From Promethearchaeota archaeon (GTDB taxonomy: Archaea > Asgardarchaeota > Heimdallarchaeia > Hodarchaeales > Hodarchaeaceae), in assembly GCA_048938105.1 (NCBI GenBank), contig JBHLMN010000002.1:192001-256000 (forward strand): a DNA stretch of 64,000 nt, read 5' to 3'. Numbering within the stretch: position 1 is the first letter of the stretch; every line of letters begins with the position of its first letter. The notes beneath the pieces are model-generated. The model saw only the letters and a list, made by a program, of their open reading frames with translations. It had not been told where the DNA came from and did no database searches. The position numbers and the translations under genes were made by a program. This document shows, one piece after another, positions 30,938 to 40,770 of this stretch.

Positions 30938-31413
30938 TCAATCCTTTGTTTCTAAAAGCTTTAAAGTTCTTTTATTATCAAATGAAATCTTCAAACATTA
31001 CATGGGCGGTAACTGGGAGTTTAAGTATGGCATTACAAGGGATTCCTGTTGTCCCTCACGACATTGACATTCAAACTGACGAAAAAGGAGCATATTCAAT
31101 TCAGAAACTTTTCAAAAAATATATAAAAAAACCAGTCACTTTCTGTGGGGATAAAACAATAAAATCACATTTTGGAAGCATTAAGCTTTTTGATATAGTA
31201 TTAGAGATCATGGGAGGAGTCCAAAAACAGCTTGTAAATGGATCTTGGGAACCACCAGTTGATATACAACCTCATCGTCGCTTTATCAAGCTAAAAGGCA
31301 TGAATTTACCAGTATTATCTTTGGAGTATGAGGAACAGGCATATAGAAAGCTAGGACGAATTGAAAGAGCAGATCTATTGAAAAAGTATTTAGAGAAAGA
31401 TTATCAGGAATAA
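30934..31413 (+). CDS. Small Pol-beta-superfamily nucleotidyltransferase
   Basis: WAVTGS...HDIDI motif. Confidence 0.8.
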   Translation: MINPLFLKALKFFYYQMKSSNITWAVTGSLSMALQGIPVVPHDIDIQTDEKGAYSIQKLFKKYIKKPVTFCGDKTIKSHFGSIKLFDIVLEIMGGVQKQLVNGSWEPPVDIQPHRRFIKLKGMNLPVLSLEYEEQAYRKLGRIERADLLKKYLEKDYQE

Positions 31414-31524
31414 TCATATCATTAAGAAATTTAAGTTTTGTTGGTTTCTATTAATACCAAGATAATCACTTCGTAACTCATCTCTCTCCTCTTTTTTAGT
31501 CTTATAAAGACATTTCTCTGTTTT

Positions 31525-31767
31525 TTACCTCTTCTTAGTCACTTCTATATCTCGTGTGTATATCACTCTGAATTTGTTACAATCAGCTTTAAAACATTCT
31601 GCACAGCCTTCCATTTCCCCTGGAACTACAGGTTCAACGCGTACTTCTTGATTCAATGATTTATACAATTCTACGTATTCGTTCACTCGATGTGTTTCGA
31701 TTGTAAACTTTCTCTCCCATCCCTCTTTCTCTAACCTTGATTGTTCTGTGTTTTTCTCGTTTTTCAA
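31525..31767 (-). CDS. Small hypothetical protein with CxxC, last gene of the bzd operon
   Basis: GWERKF...VELYKSL..EVRVE...CAECF...C..IYTR; co-oriented, 32 nt after the bzdV-like gene. Confidence 0.7.
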   Translation of the reverse strand: MKNEKNTEQSRLEKEGWERKFTIETHRVNEYVELYKSLNQEVRVEPVVPGEMEGCAECFKADCNKFRVIYTRDIEVTKKR

Positions 31768-31799
31768 GTTTATTCTCTTTTTCCTACAGATTTTTTTGG

Positions 31800-34328
31800 T
31801 TAAAATAGATCATCATCTAAGTCTTCATTACCTTCTGGCATTCTCCCAAATTCATGCATGAATTGTTGGAGTAATTCACTTTCTTTCTTTGTGTACATCG
31901 GATCCTCTTCATAACCAAAGTATTGTGCTTTTTCATTAGTGTTCAGCTGTTCTTCTAATGCTTGACGTAGATTGGGAGTTCCTTGGATGAATATAATTTG
32001 CTTACTTTCATCAAGCAGCTGAAAAGCACCTTCAATCTCTGGAATTTTATGAATATTCTCAAGAGTAAATTCTAGCCATTTTTCAGGGGGTAAGGTTACA
32101 GATGAGAGATGTAACCGTAAGTCACATCTAAGACATCGCTTTGCTTCTTCCATAGCCATTTTTTCATTCAAGCCTAGTTCTATTTCTTTAAAACTGGTTA
32201 TACGGTCTGTGAGGGGTACACGTGGCATTTGAACTCTGGATCTATCAGAGAAATCCTCTTCCCGACCAAGCCAAGGATTTGGAGTATCTGGCTCAATTAG
32301 TGCTTCATCGATATTACCATTACCACCCAAGTATCTATCTATGGAAATAGCCGCTTTTCGTCCCATTTCAATTGCTTCAACAACTGATAAGGGGCCCTTT
32401 ATTACTTCTCCTCCCGCAAAAATTCCTTTTACATTAGTAGAAAGGTCACTATCATTCGCACTGATTAGACCTGATGGAGAAATTTGAACTGACGTTTCTG
32501 CTTCTAAAAGAGATAAGTCAGGATTCTGGCCTATGGCCATTATTACCATGTCAGTTTCAATATTCTTCCGGGTTGCTTCATCAAATCTTGGATTAAACCT
32601 GCCATTCTCATCAAAAACATCTGTGCATCGAACTAATTCTATTTTTTCAACTTGATCTTTCGCGCCAACGATTTTCTTGGGACCCCATGAGCAGTGAAGA
32701 GTAATATTCTCATCAATTACCTCTTGGATCTCCCATTCATGAGCAGGCATTTCTTCTCGTGATTCAAGACATGCTATCTGGACTTCCTTAGCACCTATTC
32801 TAAGTGCAGTCAATGCAACATCCATTGCGACTCCACCACCTCCAATTACAAGAACTCTATTTTCTATTTGCACTTTTTTTCCTTGGGTTACATCGTTTAA
32901 GAATTCTAATCCCCAAAGAACTCCCCTAAGTTCCACTCCTTCAATTTTAAGTTTTTTAGCTTGTTGTGCCCCAATAGATATAAAAATTGCTTCATAATGT
33001 TGTTGTAAATCCTCAATAGTTAATTCTTTTCCTATTATGATGTTGGTCTTGAATTCAACTCCTGCATCTCTTATATATTTAAGGTCATTTTCAAATATTT
33101 CTCGTGGTAATCGATATTCTGGAATTCCCTGTCTTAACATGCCTCCTATCTCTGAGTTCTCTTCGAAAATAACAGTTGAATGGCCATTTCTGGCCAAGTA
33201 ATAAGCTGTTGTAAGCCCTGTGGGGCCAGAACCGATGATAGCTACTTTTTTTCCAGTAGTAGGAGAAGTAGTGACTTTCGACTCCCATACTTTTGTGTCT
33301 CGTTCAATAGCAAAACGTTTGAGCGCACATATGGCAATTGGATCATTAAGCTGACCTCGGCGGCATTCTGTTTCGCAAATATGAAAACATACCCTTCCAA
33401 GGACGGAGGGAAGAGGAGTTTTCTCACGAATGACTGCAGCAGCTTCACCAAATTTACCTTCCGCAATCAATCGAATATACCGTGGAACATCCGTCCCTAA
33501 AGGACAAGTATTACGACAAGGAACGAGCGAATTTTCACGTTCAGCCCAGAGAATCTCTTTGTCAGAGAGAGCTCCTGTGGGGCAAACTTCAACACATGCC
33601 CCACAAAATTTACATCCTGATTCCTTAAGTGTCGCTTTGACGCTTCCTACTATTGTTTCACCATTTGAAAAGATAAATCCAAGAGCATTCACCCCTCGGA
33701 CATCCTGACAAACTCTTACACATCGTGTACATCCTATACACAGTTCGTAATTTCGTATAAATAGAGGTTCATCATCAAGTATTTGAATTCCTTGAGGTTT
33801 ATAGCGTGGAGTGTCGTCTCTTATCCCAACATATTCTGCTACTTTTTGTAATTCACACCTTCCTAACTCTGGACAACATCGTTCTTCTACAGGAACATTT
33901 GTGGAACATGGTTCACGACTACAACCCTCTTGTTGAGCGCAAGTTAAACAAGCATGCGGATGTTTTGCGAGAATTTTCATCATTCGTTCTTGTCTGAAAT
34001 CGTGAATCTCTGGCAAATCAGTCCAAATTATCATATTTTCTTGTATTATTGTATTACATGCTGTTACAAATTCTTCAGTACCTTCTATTTTAACAACACA
34101 AAGTTGACAACCTTCGTGTGTTTGTAAAGTTGATGAAATATCGTTCTTATATTCTACATCGCCTCGATATATAGATTCAACCGGTTTTAAATTTTGTGAT
34201 GATGTTAAATTTGGATGTGAGCAGAGTCTTGGAATATAAATATCAGATACTTCAGCAGCCTCTAATACTGTTATTCCTTTCTTTACATTAATCTTAGTAC
34301 CATTGATGCTTATAGATATCGTTTCCAT
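31800..34328 (-). CDS. bzdV: BzdV-like NAD(P)H:ferredoxin oxidoreductase (2Fe-2S, 4Fe-4S and GltD-type FAD domains plus a C-terminal GIY-YIG-like domain)
   Basis: IPRLC..GCQLC, CIGCTRCVRVC, CKFCGACVEVCP, CRNTCP, LGRVCFHICE, IIGSGPTG, VIGGGGVA, EAKRCLRC; follows bzdM. Confidence 0.8.
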   Translation of the reverse strand: METISISINGTKINVKKGITVLEAAEVSDIYIPRLCSHPNLTSSQNLKPVESIYRGDVEYKNDISSTLQTHEGCQLCVVKIEGTEEFVTACNTIIQENMIIWTDLPEIHDFRQERMMKILAKHPHACLTCAQQEGCSREPCSTNVPVEERCCPELGRCELQKVAEYVGIRDDTPRYKPQGIQILDDEPLFIRNYELCIGCTRCVRVCQDVRGVNALGFIFSNGETIVGSVKATLKESGCKFCGACVEVCPTGALSDKEILWAERENSLVPCRNTCPLGTDVPRYIRLIAEGKFGEAAAVIREKTPLPSVLGRVCFHICETECRRGQLNDPIAICALKRFAIERDTKVWESKVTTSPTTGKKVAIIGSGPTGLTTAYYLARNGHSTVIFEENSEIGGMLRQGIPEYRLPREIFENDLKYIRDAGVEFKTNIIIGKELTIEDLQQHYEAIFISIGAQQAKKLKIEGVELRGVLWGLEFLNDVTQGKKVQIENRVLVIGGGGVAMDVALTALRIGAKEVQIACLESREEMPAHEWEIQEVIDENITLHCSWGPKKIVGAKDQVEKIELVRCTDVFDENGRFNPRFDEATRKNIETDMVIMAIGQNPDLSLLEAETSVQISPSGLISANDSDLSTNVKGIFAGGEVIKGPLSVVEAIEMGRKAAISIDRYLGGNGNIDEALIEPDTPNPWLGREEDFSDRSRVQMPRVPLTDRITSFKEIELGLNEKMAMEEAKRCLRCDLRLHLSSVTLPPEKWLEFTLENIHKIPEIEGAFQLLDESKQIIFIQGTPNLRQALEEQLNTNEKAQYFGYEEDPMYTKKESELLQQFMHEFGRMPEGNEDLDDDLF

Positions 34329-34436
34329 CCTTAAACTCTCCTAATAGATGAGTATCTGAAGAATCTATTCAGAATAAGTTGATAAAAAACACAAATTACC
34401 ATATTATGATAGTTGTCCTCATAGAATAAAATTAAC

Positions 34437-34724
34437 TCACCAAGAGTGGGTTAAAGCTCTAGGTTCACAAACTTGAACACATGGTAATTCTCTTGGTTCA
34501 CCAGTTGGTTTACATGGAGCGCACGAATATTTAATCTTTTTACGATGTTCTTCGGTGACTCTTGCAACAAGTTCTTCTGCTAAAGGATCTAATTCGTTTT
34601 CTATAACTTCGAGAACTCCCTCAGGGCAAGTCTCGACACATTTTCCACAGCCATCACACAGATCTGTATCTATCGTGATGAAATATTCTCCTGAACCATC
34701 TTTATATCCATAATTTGCTTTCAT
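34437..34724 (-). CDS. bzdM: Benzoyl-CoA reductase ferredoxin
   Basis: MKANYGYKDGSGEYFITID, CDGCGKCVETCP, KIKYSCAPCKP...PCVQVC, ending in HSW. Confidence 0.85.
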   Translation of the reverse strand: MKANYGYKDGSGEYFITIDTDLCDGCGKCVETCPEGVLEVIENELDPLAEELVARVTEEHRKKIKYSCAPCKPTGEPRELPCVQVCEPRALTHSW

Positions 34725-34766
34725 TTCTTATTCTTTCCATATTATGACCTTAAGTTGAATGAAATT

Positions 34767-35651
34767 CTAGCCTGCTTTCTTACGAGCCTTTTCTACCAAA
34801 GCCTTTCCAAATAAGGCGCCCCCAATCGCTCCTGCAAGTTGAGGATCAACATTGGGTTCAGGAGCAGTTATTTCTAATTCTTTTTCGATACGAGAAACCA
34901 CGCCAATATTTTTTGCAATACCACCAGTTATTGCAAAATCATTTTCTACTCCAAGCCGTTCTAAAAGAGTAACAACTCTATGAGCCATAGCTGCACAATA
35001 AGCCGCTAAAACTCTTTCTTTAGACCAACCCTTTCGAAGTAATCCAACAGCTTCAGATTTGGCAAAAACAACGCATGTACTACTTACTGGCTCTGGTTCA
35101 TCATCTACTAATGACATCTGCCCAACATCATTGATGTGAACTTGCAGAAGATCCGCAAAAACTTCCATCCCTCGCCCTGTTCCTGCTGCGCACTTATCAT
35201 TCATGAGAAAAGCGGTAACTTTTCCACGTTGATCGCAGCGAATCGCCTTACAGTCTTGGCCACCCATATCTAGGACAGTTCTGATCGTTGGCCCATACAT
35301 ATAATTCGCTCCACGTGCATGGCAAGCGATTTCCGTTATAGCCCGTTTTGCGAAAGGAACATTAACACGACCATAACCTGTGCCCACACTGTACTCAATT
35401 TTGTTTAAAGTGAGGCCTGTATCTTCAAGTGCCCAATTTATAGCTTTAACAGCACTATCTGGGCTATCACTTCCAGTTCTCATGTTTGAATAGCAATAGA
35501 GATTTCCATCAACCATAACTACTGCTTGAGTACTAACTGATCCAACATCTATACCAGCAGTTATAATATCGGCATCTTTCCAATTTAAATCTGGGTTTGT
35601 CCAACGTGATTCAGTCCATCTCCAATATTCTACACTATCCGTACTTGTCAT
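34767..35651 (-). CDS. bzdQ: Benzoyl-CoA reductase, Bzd-type, subunit Q (ATPase)
   Basis: EYWRW.E..W, ITAGIDVGSVSTQAV, GTGYGRVNVPFA, MNDKCAAGTGRGMEV. Confidence 0.92.
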   Translation of the reverse strand: MTSTDSVEYWRWTESRWTNPDLNWKDADIITAGIDVGSVSTQAVVMVDGNLYCYSNMRTGSDSPDSAVKAINWALEDTGLTLNKIEYSVGTGYGRVNVPFAKRAITEIACHARGANYMYGPTIRTVLDMGGQDCKAIRCDQRGKVTAFLMNDKCAAGTGRGMEVFADLLQVHINDVGQMSLVDDEPEPVSSTCVVFAKSEAVGLLRKGWSKERVLAAYCAAMAHRVVTLLERLGVENDFAITGGIAKNIGVVSRIEKELEITAPEPNVDPQLAGAIGGALFGKALVEKARKKAG

Positions 35652-35655
35652 TGTT

Positions 35656-36441
35656 TCATCCTCCTATTCGATCTTGTGCTGTAAGCGCTGCCCCATAGGC
35701 ACTCACGAACTCTGGTTTAATTGGATCTTCAGGTACTAGGATCTCACATTTAAGGTTCCGCTTCATTGAATCTACAAATCCGACATTATTTGCCACGCCT
35801 CCAATTAATGCTACATCTTGTTCAATACCTACCCTACGAGCCATGCTCGTGATCCTATCAGCAATTGCGTCGTGTACGGCACGTAAGATGTCTTCTTTAG
35901 GCGTTTTTTGATGTATTAATGATACAACCTCAGATTCTGCGAAAATTGTGCATTGAGCGTTCATTGGAACAGCTTTCGTTGATTTCAGAGAGAGTTCCCC
36001 CATCTTTTCGATATCTATTTCGAGTGCTCTTGCCATTGCTTCCGTGAATGCTCCTGCTCCTGCAGCACATTTTTCATTAATGCCAAAATCAACAACTTTT
36101 CCACTTTCATTAAGACGAATAGCTCTACCTTCTTCTGCACCTACGTCGATGACTGTACGAACAGAAGGGAAGATTGCGATTATTCCACGTGCATCAGCGC
36201 TGATCTCAGTGACCGTATCATTCGCGAAGGTCGTTGCCTCCATTCCTGCACCTGTAGCAGTGAAATGGTTAATTTCATTTTTAGTGATTCCAGCATTGTT
36301 TAACGCTTTGTTTAGTGCCTGTTCTTCGGAAGCTTTCTGGTCAAATCCACTCAAGACAGAGGAAACAGCTAAAATTTGGCCATTTTTTAGAATAACTGCT
36401 TTAGTATTTTTAGCTCCATAATCCATTCCAATAGCTACCAT
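35656..36441 (-). CDS. bzdP: Benzoyl-CoA reductase, Bzd-type, subunit P (ATPase); likely start is the ATG at 36441
   Basis: TATGAG, IDVGAEEGRA, NEKCAAGAGAFTEAMARALE, MNAQCTIFAESEVVSLIH; GGAGTGA upstream of ATG 36441. Confidence 0.9.
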   Translation of the reverse strand: MVAIGMDYGAKNTKAVILKNGQILAVSSVLSGFDQKASEEQALNKALNNAGITKNEINHFTATGAGMEATTFANDTVTEISADARGIIAIFPSVRTVIDVGAEEGRAIRLNESGKVVDFGINEKCAAGAGAFTEAMARALEIDIEKMGELSLKSTKAVPMNAQCTIFAESEVVSLIHQKTPKEDILRAVHDAIADRITSMARRVGIEQDVALIGGVANNVGFVDSMKRNLKCEILVPEDPIKPEFVSAYGAALTAQDRIGG

Positions 36442-36448
36442 AATTTCA

Positions 36449-37765
36449 TCACTCCGTAATTTTTTCAAATTCAAGAGACTCCATGAAGGCGTCTATCCGA
36501 GTCATTGTTTTAGTGAGATCAAATTCTCTCTCATCTCCCATATTTCCCTCAAATGGCATCACGGGAAAGCCTGCTTTCTGAATAGCTAAACGATTTTCTG
36601 CAATCCCTAGGCTTAATCCTTCACACCCTCTATTGAAGTGTAAAAGAACCCCATTTAGCTTCCATTCACGTGCAATGCGAATCATCATCTCCGACTTAAG
36701 TTTTGGATGGTAGAAATGTTGCCATTCTGGCTTACTTAAGTTCCATTCAGCAAGAGCTCTCAAAGCTTCGTCTCTATTAGTTATTTCAATGTCAGGAATA
36801 GCTCTTGGCCCCCAAGTTCCATCTTCTTGATCCTCCCAAAGTCCAATCAGCGAGAAAGTGTAAAGGCTTCCCACCGATACACAACCATATTTCTCTAGAT
36901 AGCGAAAGACTTTGAGGAATGCCCATGGAGGTTGTGTATCAGTCATCACACGACATTGCTCATTCCCAACAGCAGCTATTCCACGCTTTACACGATCTTT
37001 CACTTCTGGGTAGAGGTCTTTCTCATAAAAATCAGCTGTCCATTGAGCTGATTTTCTTAATGTACCTAAGACATAAAGAGAATACATTGACTTTTCATCT
37101 AGCGGTGCAGGGATTGTCTTATTAAGAGCACAAATGGCTGCCCAATAATGACAGCTACGAAATTCATTATGAACTGCCTTAATTAGGAGTTCATCATCAT
37201 ATTCTCGACCAGTCATCTTTTCAAGCCACTTAATTCCGTCGTGCATTTGTCCAACAATATAGTTGATTCTGCTATCAGTCAATTCTCCATACGGGCCAAC
37301 TGAGACGTCAATGCTATACATCGGAACACCGCCTTCTAGTGAAGAAGCTACTTGATACCATTTAGAATGGGAACAACAAATGTGATCTTGCCAGATAAAA
37401 TCAGCCTTTGGAAATTCCTCAGAAAATTGTGGCCAGGCGTATTTGTTTAGGAGAATCGATCCCCAATAATTGCGCATGTAAGAGCAGAGATCGCGTGCAT
37501 AACCCTTTGTTTCTATCGCTTCTTGGCATTCTGTAGCAAATTCTTTATTCCATGCAACAGTTGCTCCATAAGGTTCGCCAGTTAAAGCCCATACATCATC
37601 ACCCAAACCAGAAGGAATGGCGTCAAAAGACCATGCTCCACCTGCCCAACGAATTCCTCCTTTTTCATGAGCCTCCGCGAAACCTTTGTAATAATTTTCC
37701 CGAAGAGCTTTAGCTTTTCCCCAGCATTTCAATCGTTCTGTAGGATATTTTGTTGAACTCATCAT
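36449..37765 (-). CDS. bzdO: Benzoyl-CoA reductase, Bzd-type, subunit O
   Basis: [61 protein letters not shown]. Confidence 0.92.
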   Translation of the reverse strand: MMSSTKYPTERLKCWGKAKALRENYYKGFAEAHEKGGIRWAGGAWSFDAIPSGLGDDVWALTGEPYGATVAWNKEFATECQEAIETKGYARDLCSYMRNYWGSILLNKYAWPQFSEEFPKADFIWQDHICCSHSKWYQVASSLEGGVPMYSIDVSVGPYGELTDSRINYIVGQMHDGIKWLEKMTGREYDDELLIKAVHNEFRSCHYWAAICALNKTIPAPLDEKSMYSLYVLGTLRKSAQWTADFYEKDLYPEVKDRVKRGIAAVGNEQCRVMTDTQPPWAFLKVFRYLEKYGCVSVGSLYTFSLIGLWEDQEDGTWGPRAIPDIEITNRDEALRALAEWNLSKPEWQHFYHPKLKSEMMIRIAREWKLNGVLLHFNRGCEGLSLGIAENRLAIQKAGFPVMPFEGNMGDEREFDLTKTMTRIDAFMESLEFEKITE

Positions 37766-37773
37766 TATTCCTC

Positions 37774-38937
37774 CTAAAACAAATCCTCCTCTCTTATAAT
37801 TTCAAGAAAAGCCTCGACACGTGTCTTGAATTGGCCAATGGGCACTGTAACATCCAATTCGAGAAATAGGGTCGAAAGACCATTCTTTTCCAAGGTCTCT
37901 TTAATAATTGGAATATCCAATTCATGAGGGTCACAGAATTTCTGTTGGATTAAGATGGCTCCTTGGACATCATAATCTTTCGCCATCTGTACAATATGAT
38001 CGAGTCTCGTTCGTTCGGGCCAATCTTTACTAGGACATGGAACCCGTTTTATATATCGTTCAGCGATTGCTGTTAACGGATCACCTGTTGGATCTACTTC
38101 TTCTTGGAAATATCGTGTGCCTGTACAGTGATCATCAGTTACAAACGTCGCTCCTAGATCCTCAACCATTGCTATGAATTCAGTATCATCATCTTCAGAG
38201 CCCAAGATCATAAGCCGTTCACCAGGATTCCCCATATTTCTTGAGGGAAGTTGTTGTAGAAGTGATTCTAACGCCTTGTTGTGATCATGTTTATCAGTCG
38301 TTTGACTTGATACTACCATGTACATTGCTTCAAGCCCAGTCAATGGTGGATTAATACCCTTTCTTAGTTCATATACTTGTTTCATAAGACGCCTATTCAT
38401 ATTCATGAGTTCAATTCCGCGTTTAAGATCTTCATCCGTGATCGTTCGACCTATCCATTTCTCAATAGACGTTTTGAACTGAACTAGTTCTTCCCTTAAA
38501 TAGGGAATCGCATGAGGGCTTTGAACATGCATTGGATGAGGTAAATAGTAACTGTAATCTGTAGGGATATGAATATCCCAGCTTGTATATGCCTGTCTGA
38601 CGTGTAGACAGCTCTGGGCAATCATAATTCCATCAAGATAGTCAAAGCGTCCTTTAAGTCCCTGTGCCAAGCAATCTCGACAAAAAGGACAGAACATTGC
38701 AAAAATATGGGGTTCAGTGACATCTTGGGGTTCATGACTACCTAAAATGCGAACAGGAAGAATATTTGCTGCATATAGAATCTCCTCGGGAACGTAAGTG
38801 CAAAAAAAACCCATTACTTTATCCCCTGTACGTTCTTTCCAGGCTTTTGCATAATCATGTCGATTTTTGTACCAATCCTTGAATTGGTCAAACAATTCTT
38901 TCTCTTCTTTCTGTACTAGTTCCATCAAATTGAACAC
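37774..38937 (-). CDS. bzdN: Benzoyl-CoA reductase, Bzd-type, subunit N
   Basis: [51 protein letters not shown]. Confidence 0.92.
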   Translation of the reverse strand: MFNLMELVQKEEKELFDQFKDWYKNRHDYAKAWKERTGDKVMGFFCTYVPEEILYAANILPVRILGSHEPQDVTEPHIFAMFCPFCRDCLAQGLKGRFDYLDGIMIAQSCLHVRQAYTSWDIHIPTDYSYYLPHPMHVQSPHAIPYLREELVQFKTSIEKWIGRTITDEDLKRGIELMNMNRRLMKQVYELRKGINPPLTGLEAMYMVVSSQTTDKHDHNKALESLLQQLPSRNMGNPGERLMILGSEDDDTEFIAMVEDLGATFVTDDHCTGTRYFQEEVDPTGDPLTAIAERYIKRVPCPSKDWPERTRLDHIVQMAKDYDVQGAILIQQKFCDPHELDIPIIKETLEKNGLSTLFLELDVTVPIGQFKTRVEAFLEIIREEDLF

Positions 38938-38969
38938 CTTTTATTAATCCAATTGACCGCACTCATTCT

Positions 38970-39419
38970 TCATAACTCTTTCTTTAGTGTAATAAAATCA
39001 CTTTTAGTCATTTCCAGGGTTCTAAAAAACTCTAATAGATCACTAGAAGTCCACTTAACAGATGTATAAACAGTCTTGACTTTTTGTGATTTAAATTCTT
39101 CAAGTAACTGTTCTCCAAGTTTTTTTCCAACCCCTTTTGCTGTATGTGAGGGATCCACACCCAGGATTTCAATCCAACCCCCATTTTCAATACCAAATAA
39201 CCAGGGATGCACTGTTCCAATCATAAATCCTACAACCCGGCCTTGGATTTCTGCAACAAGACAAATACTGTTGTTTTTTAGATAATGTTGTATTTCAGAT
39301 TTCCACATTTTGGGTCTATTGAACCCAGATATTTCCTTATCAAGATCAGTGATTTCAGAAATGTCTTCTTCTCGCATTTCTCGGATATGGATTATTTCAT
39401 CAACACTCATCTTGAACAT
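38970..39419 (-). CDS. GNAT-family N-acetyltransferase in the bzd operon
   Basis: CLVAEIQGRVVGF, LGVDPSHTAKGVGKKL (acetyl-CoA-binding motif A). Confidence 0.85.
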   Translation of the reverse strand: MFKMSVDEIIHIREMREEDISEITDLDKEISGFNRPKMWKSEIQHYLKNNSICLVAEIQGRVVGFMIGTVHPWLFGIENGGWIEILGVDPSHTAKGVGKKLGEQLLEEFKSQKVKTVYTSVKWTSSDLLEFFRTLEMTKSDFITLKKEL

Positions 39420-39438
39420 CTCAAAATATCATATTAAG

Positions 39439-39666
39439 TTACTTTTTCTTTCTCAATCTTGAAACACGAATGATTTTTACTCGTTTTCCAATCCAACCCT
39501 TCGGTAAATATACACGGCCCGTATTGCCACTTTGTTTCACTTCTCGATCAAGCATTTCAAATCCAATAACTTTAAATTCTGAAGGTTGGTCTTCAACTGC
39601 TTCGATCACAATGTTTGCTGTATTTTTTCCAACTTCGAGCTTTTTAACAGGTGTCTCGGGGATTAT
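39439..39666 (-). CDS. DUF2080/AbrB-like small protein, first gene of the bzd operon; start is ATA at 39666 or GTG at 39609 (absent from the ORF track)
   Basis: Reads ...SEFKVIGFEMLDREVKQSGNTGRVYLPKGWIGKRVKIIRV; AGGAGG lies 5 nt before the ATA at 39666. Confidence 0.75.
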   Translation of the reverse strand: MIPETPVKKLEVGKNTANIVIEAVEDQPSEFKVIGFEMLDREVKQSGNTGRVYLPKGWIGKRVKIIRVSRLRKKK

Positions 39667-39699
39667 TAGAGCCTCCTAAATTCGAATGGTTGATGCAAG

Positions 39700-39777
39700 T
39701 TATAAATTATAAGTGTATTGTAAGTGCTAGGGCCCTACTAATTTCGAATGACTGATATGAGGAGTGTATTGTAAGTG
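39700..39777 (-). promoter_or_regulatory. Putative bzd-operon promoter with a 15-bp direct-repeat operator candidate
   Basis: AGTGTATTGTAAGTG at 39712-39726 and 39763-39777; TATA-like TTTATAA on the minus strand at 39700-39706. Confidence 0.55.
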
Positions 39778-39840
39778 TTTTTCACTTTTCAGTGTATAGT
39801 ATTAATAGAAAAACTAGGATCAAAATTACAAAACTCTTAA

Positions 39841-39862
39841 TCTTCGACATCATTGTCGAAGA
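39841..39862. repeat. Perfect 9-bp inverted repeat
   Basis: TCTTCGACA-TCAT-TGTCGAAGA. Confidence 0.7.
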
Positions 39863-40029
39863 CAACTATCAAAGTACTAAGAATGTAAATTGGCAATCAA
39901 ACGAGTATGAAGCCAGAAACACATGAAAAAAAGTCAAAACGAGAAGGAGATCTGAAAACCAACTGGCTAATAGTAGACCGAATGCGAGAAGAGACTTAGG
40001 AGGCCTGTTTTCTCAAATAATAAGTCTAG

Positions 40030-40404
40030 CTAGTCTGAAGAAGGCGGGGGCAGGACTTGGTTGAGTTGCCATAGCTTGTTGGTGAGCACCTTGCGGGTAT
40101 TAGGAGGGAGGCGTGGAAAAGGGAAGGAAGAGTAATTAGGGAGGGTGTCGCGCACCGCTCTAATGCAAATAGTACGGGCCCAAATTTCGGGTTTCTTAAT
40201 ACGGGAGGCTTTCTGGGTAGGGATAGAGGCCTTGGCAATGAGGAGGCAGGCCTGTTTGATGCGGAAGATCTGTTCCTTGGAACAGTTCGTGAGAACTAGC
40301 TCGTGATTCATGACTTGAACAACAGTGGAGAACAGGGCAGACTGATGAGTCTGGGCACGAATTTTGATCCATTGGTTACGAAGAGGGGGAAATTTGTTAA
40401 TCTT
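40030..40404 (-). pseudogene. GC-rich, apparently 5'-truncated coding fragment of unknown family
   Basis: Open frame from 40404 (KINKFPPLRNQW...) to the stop at 40030; about 50% GC against AT-rich flanks; first ATG is 31 codons in. Confidence 0.4.
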
Positions 40405-40770
40405 TTATAAGTCAGTTTCAAGAATCCTTTTTATTTTCTACTCTTTTTATTATCTCTCTGTAAAAGATTTATAAAGTGTAGGGAAGTAGTTTACCTAAGA
40501 AAAAAAATAGCTGGTGAACATAAAAATGCTAACAAAAAATGAAATAATTGGAATAATCTCTGTCCTAGCGTTTTTGATTGGAATAGCGTTCTATAAATCG
40601 TAAAGAATCCAGCAAGAATAGATATAATATGCGTAAGGTATGATGAACTTCCAGAGATTTTTTAAGAGAGTATTAATTTTCAATTAAATGTTCTAGCAGA
40701 ATATGAGAGAAATAAAATGAAATCAAATTATCGGAAAGGATCTATCAAGAGAATATACAATTGGTGATAT

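Noticed and set aside
40500-40770. Short hydrophobic ORF MLTKNEIIGIISVLAFLIGIAFYKS and downstream fragments
   Set aside because: Too short and broken to assign, and I saw no BHB motif that would join the pieces.
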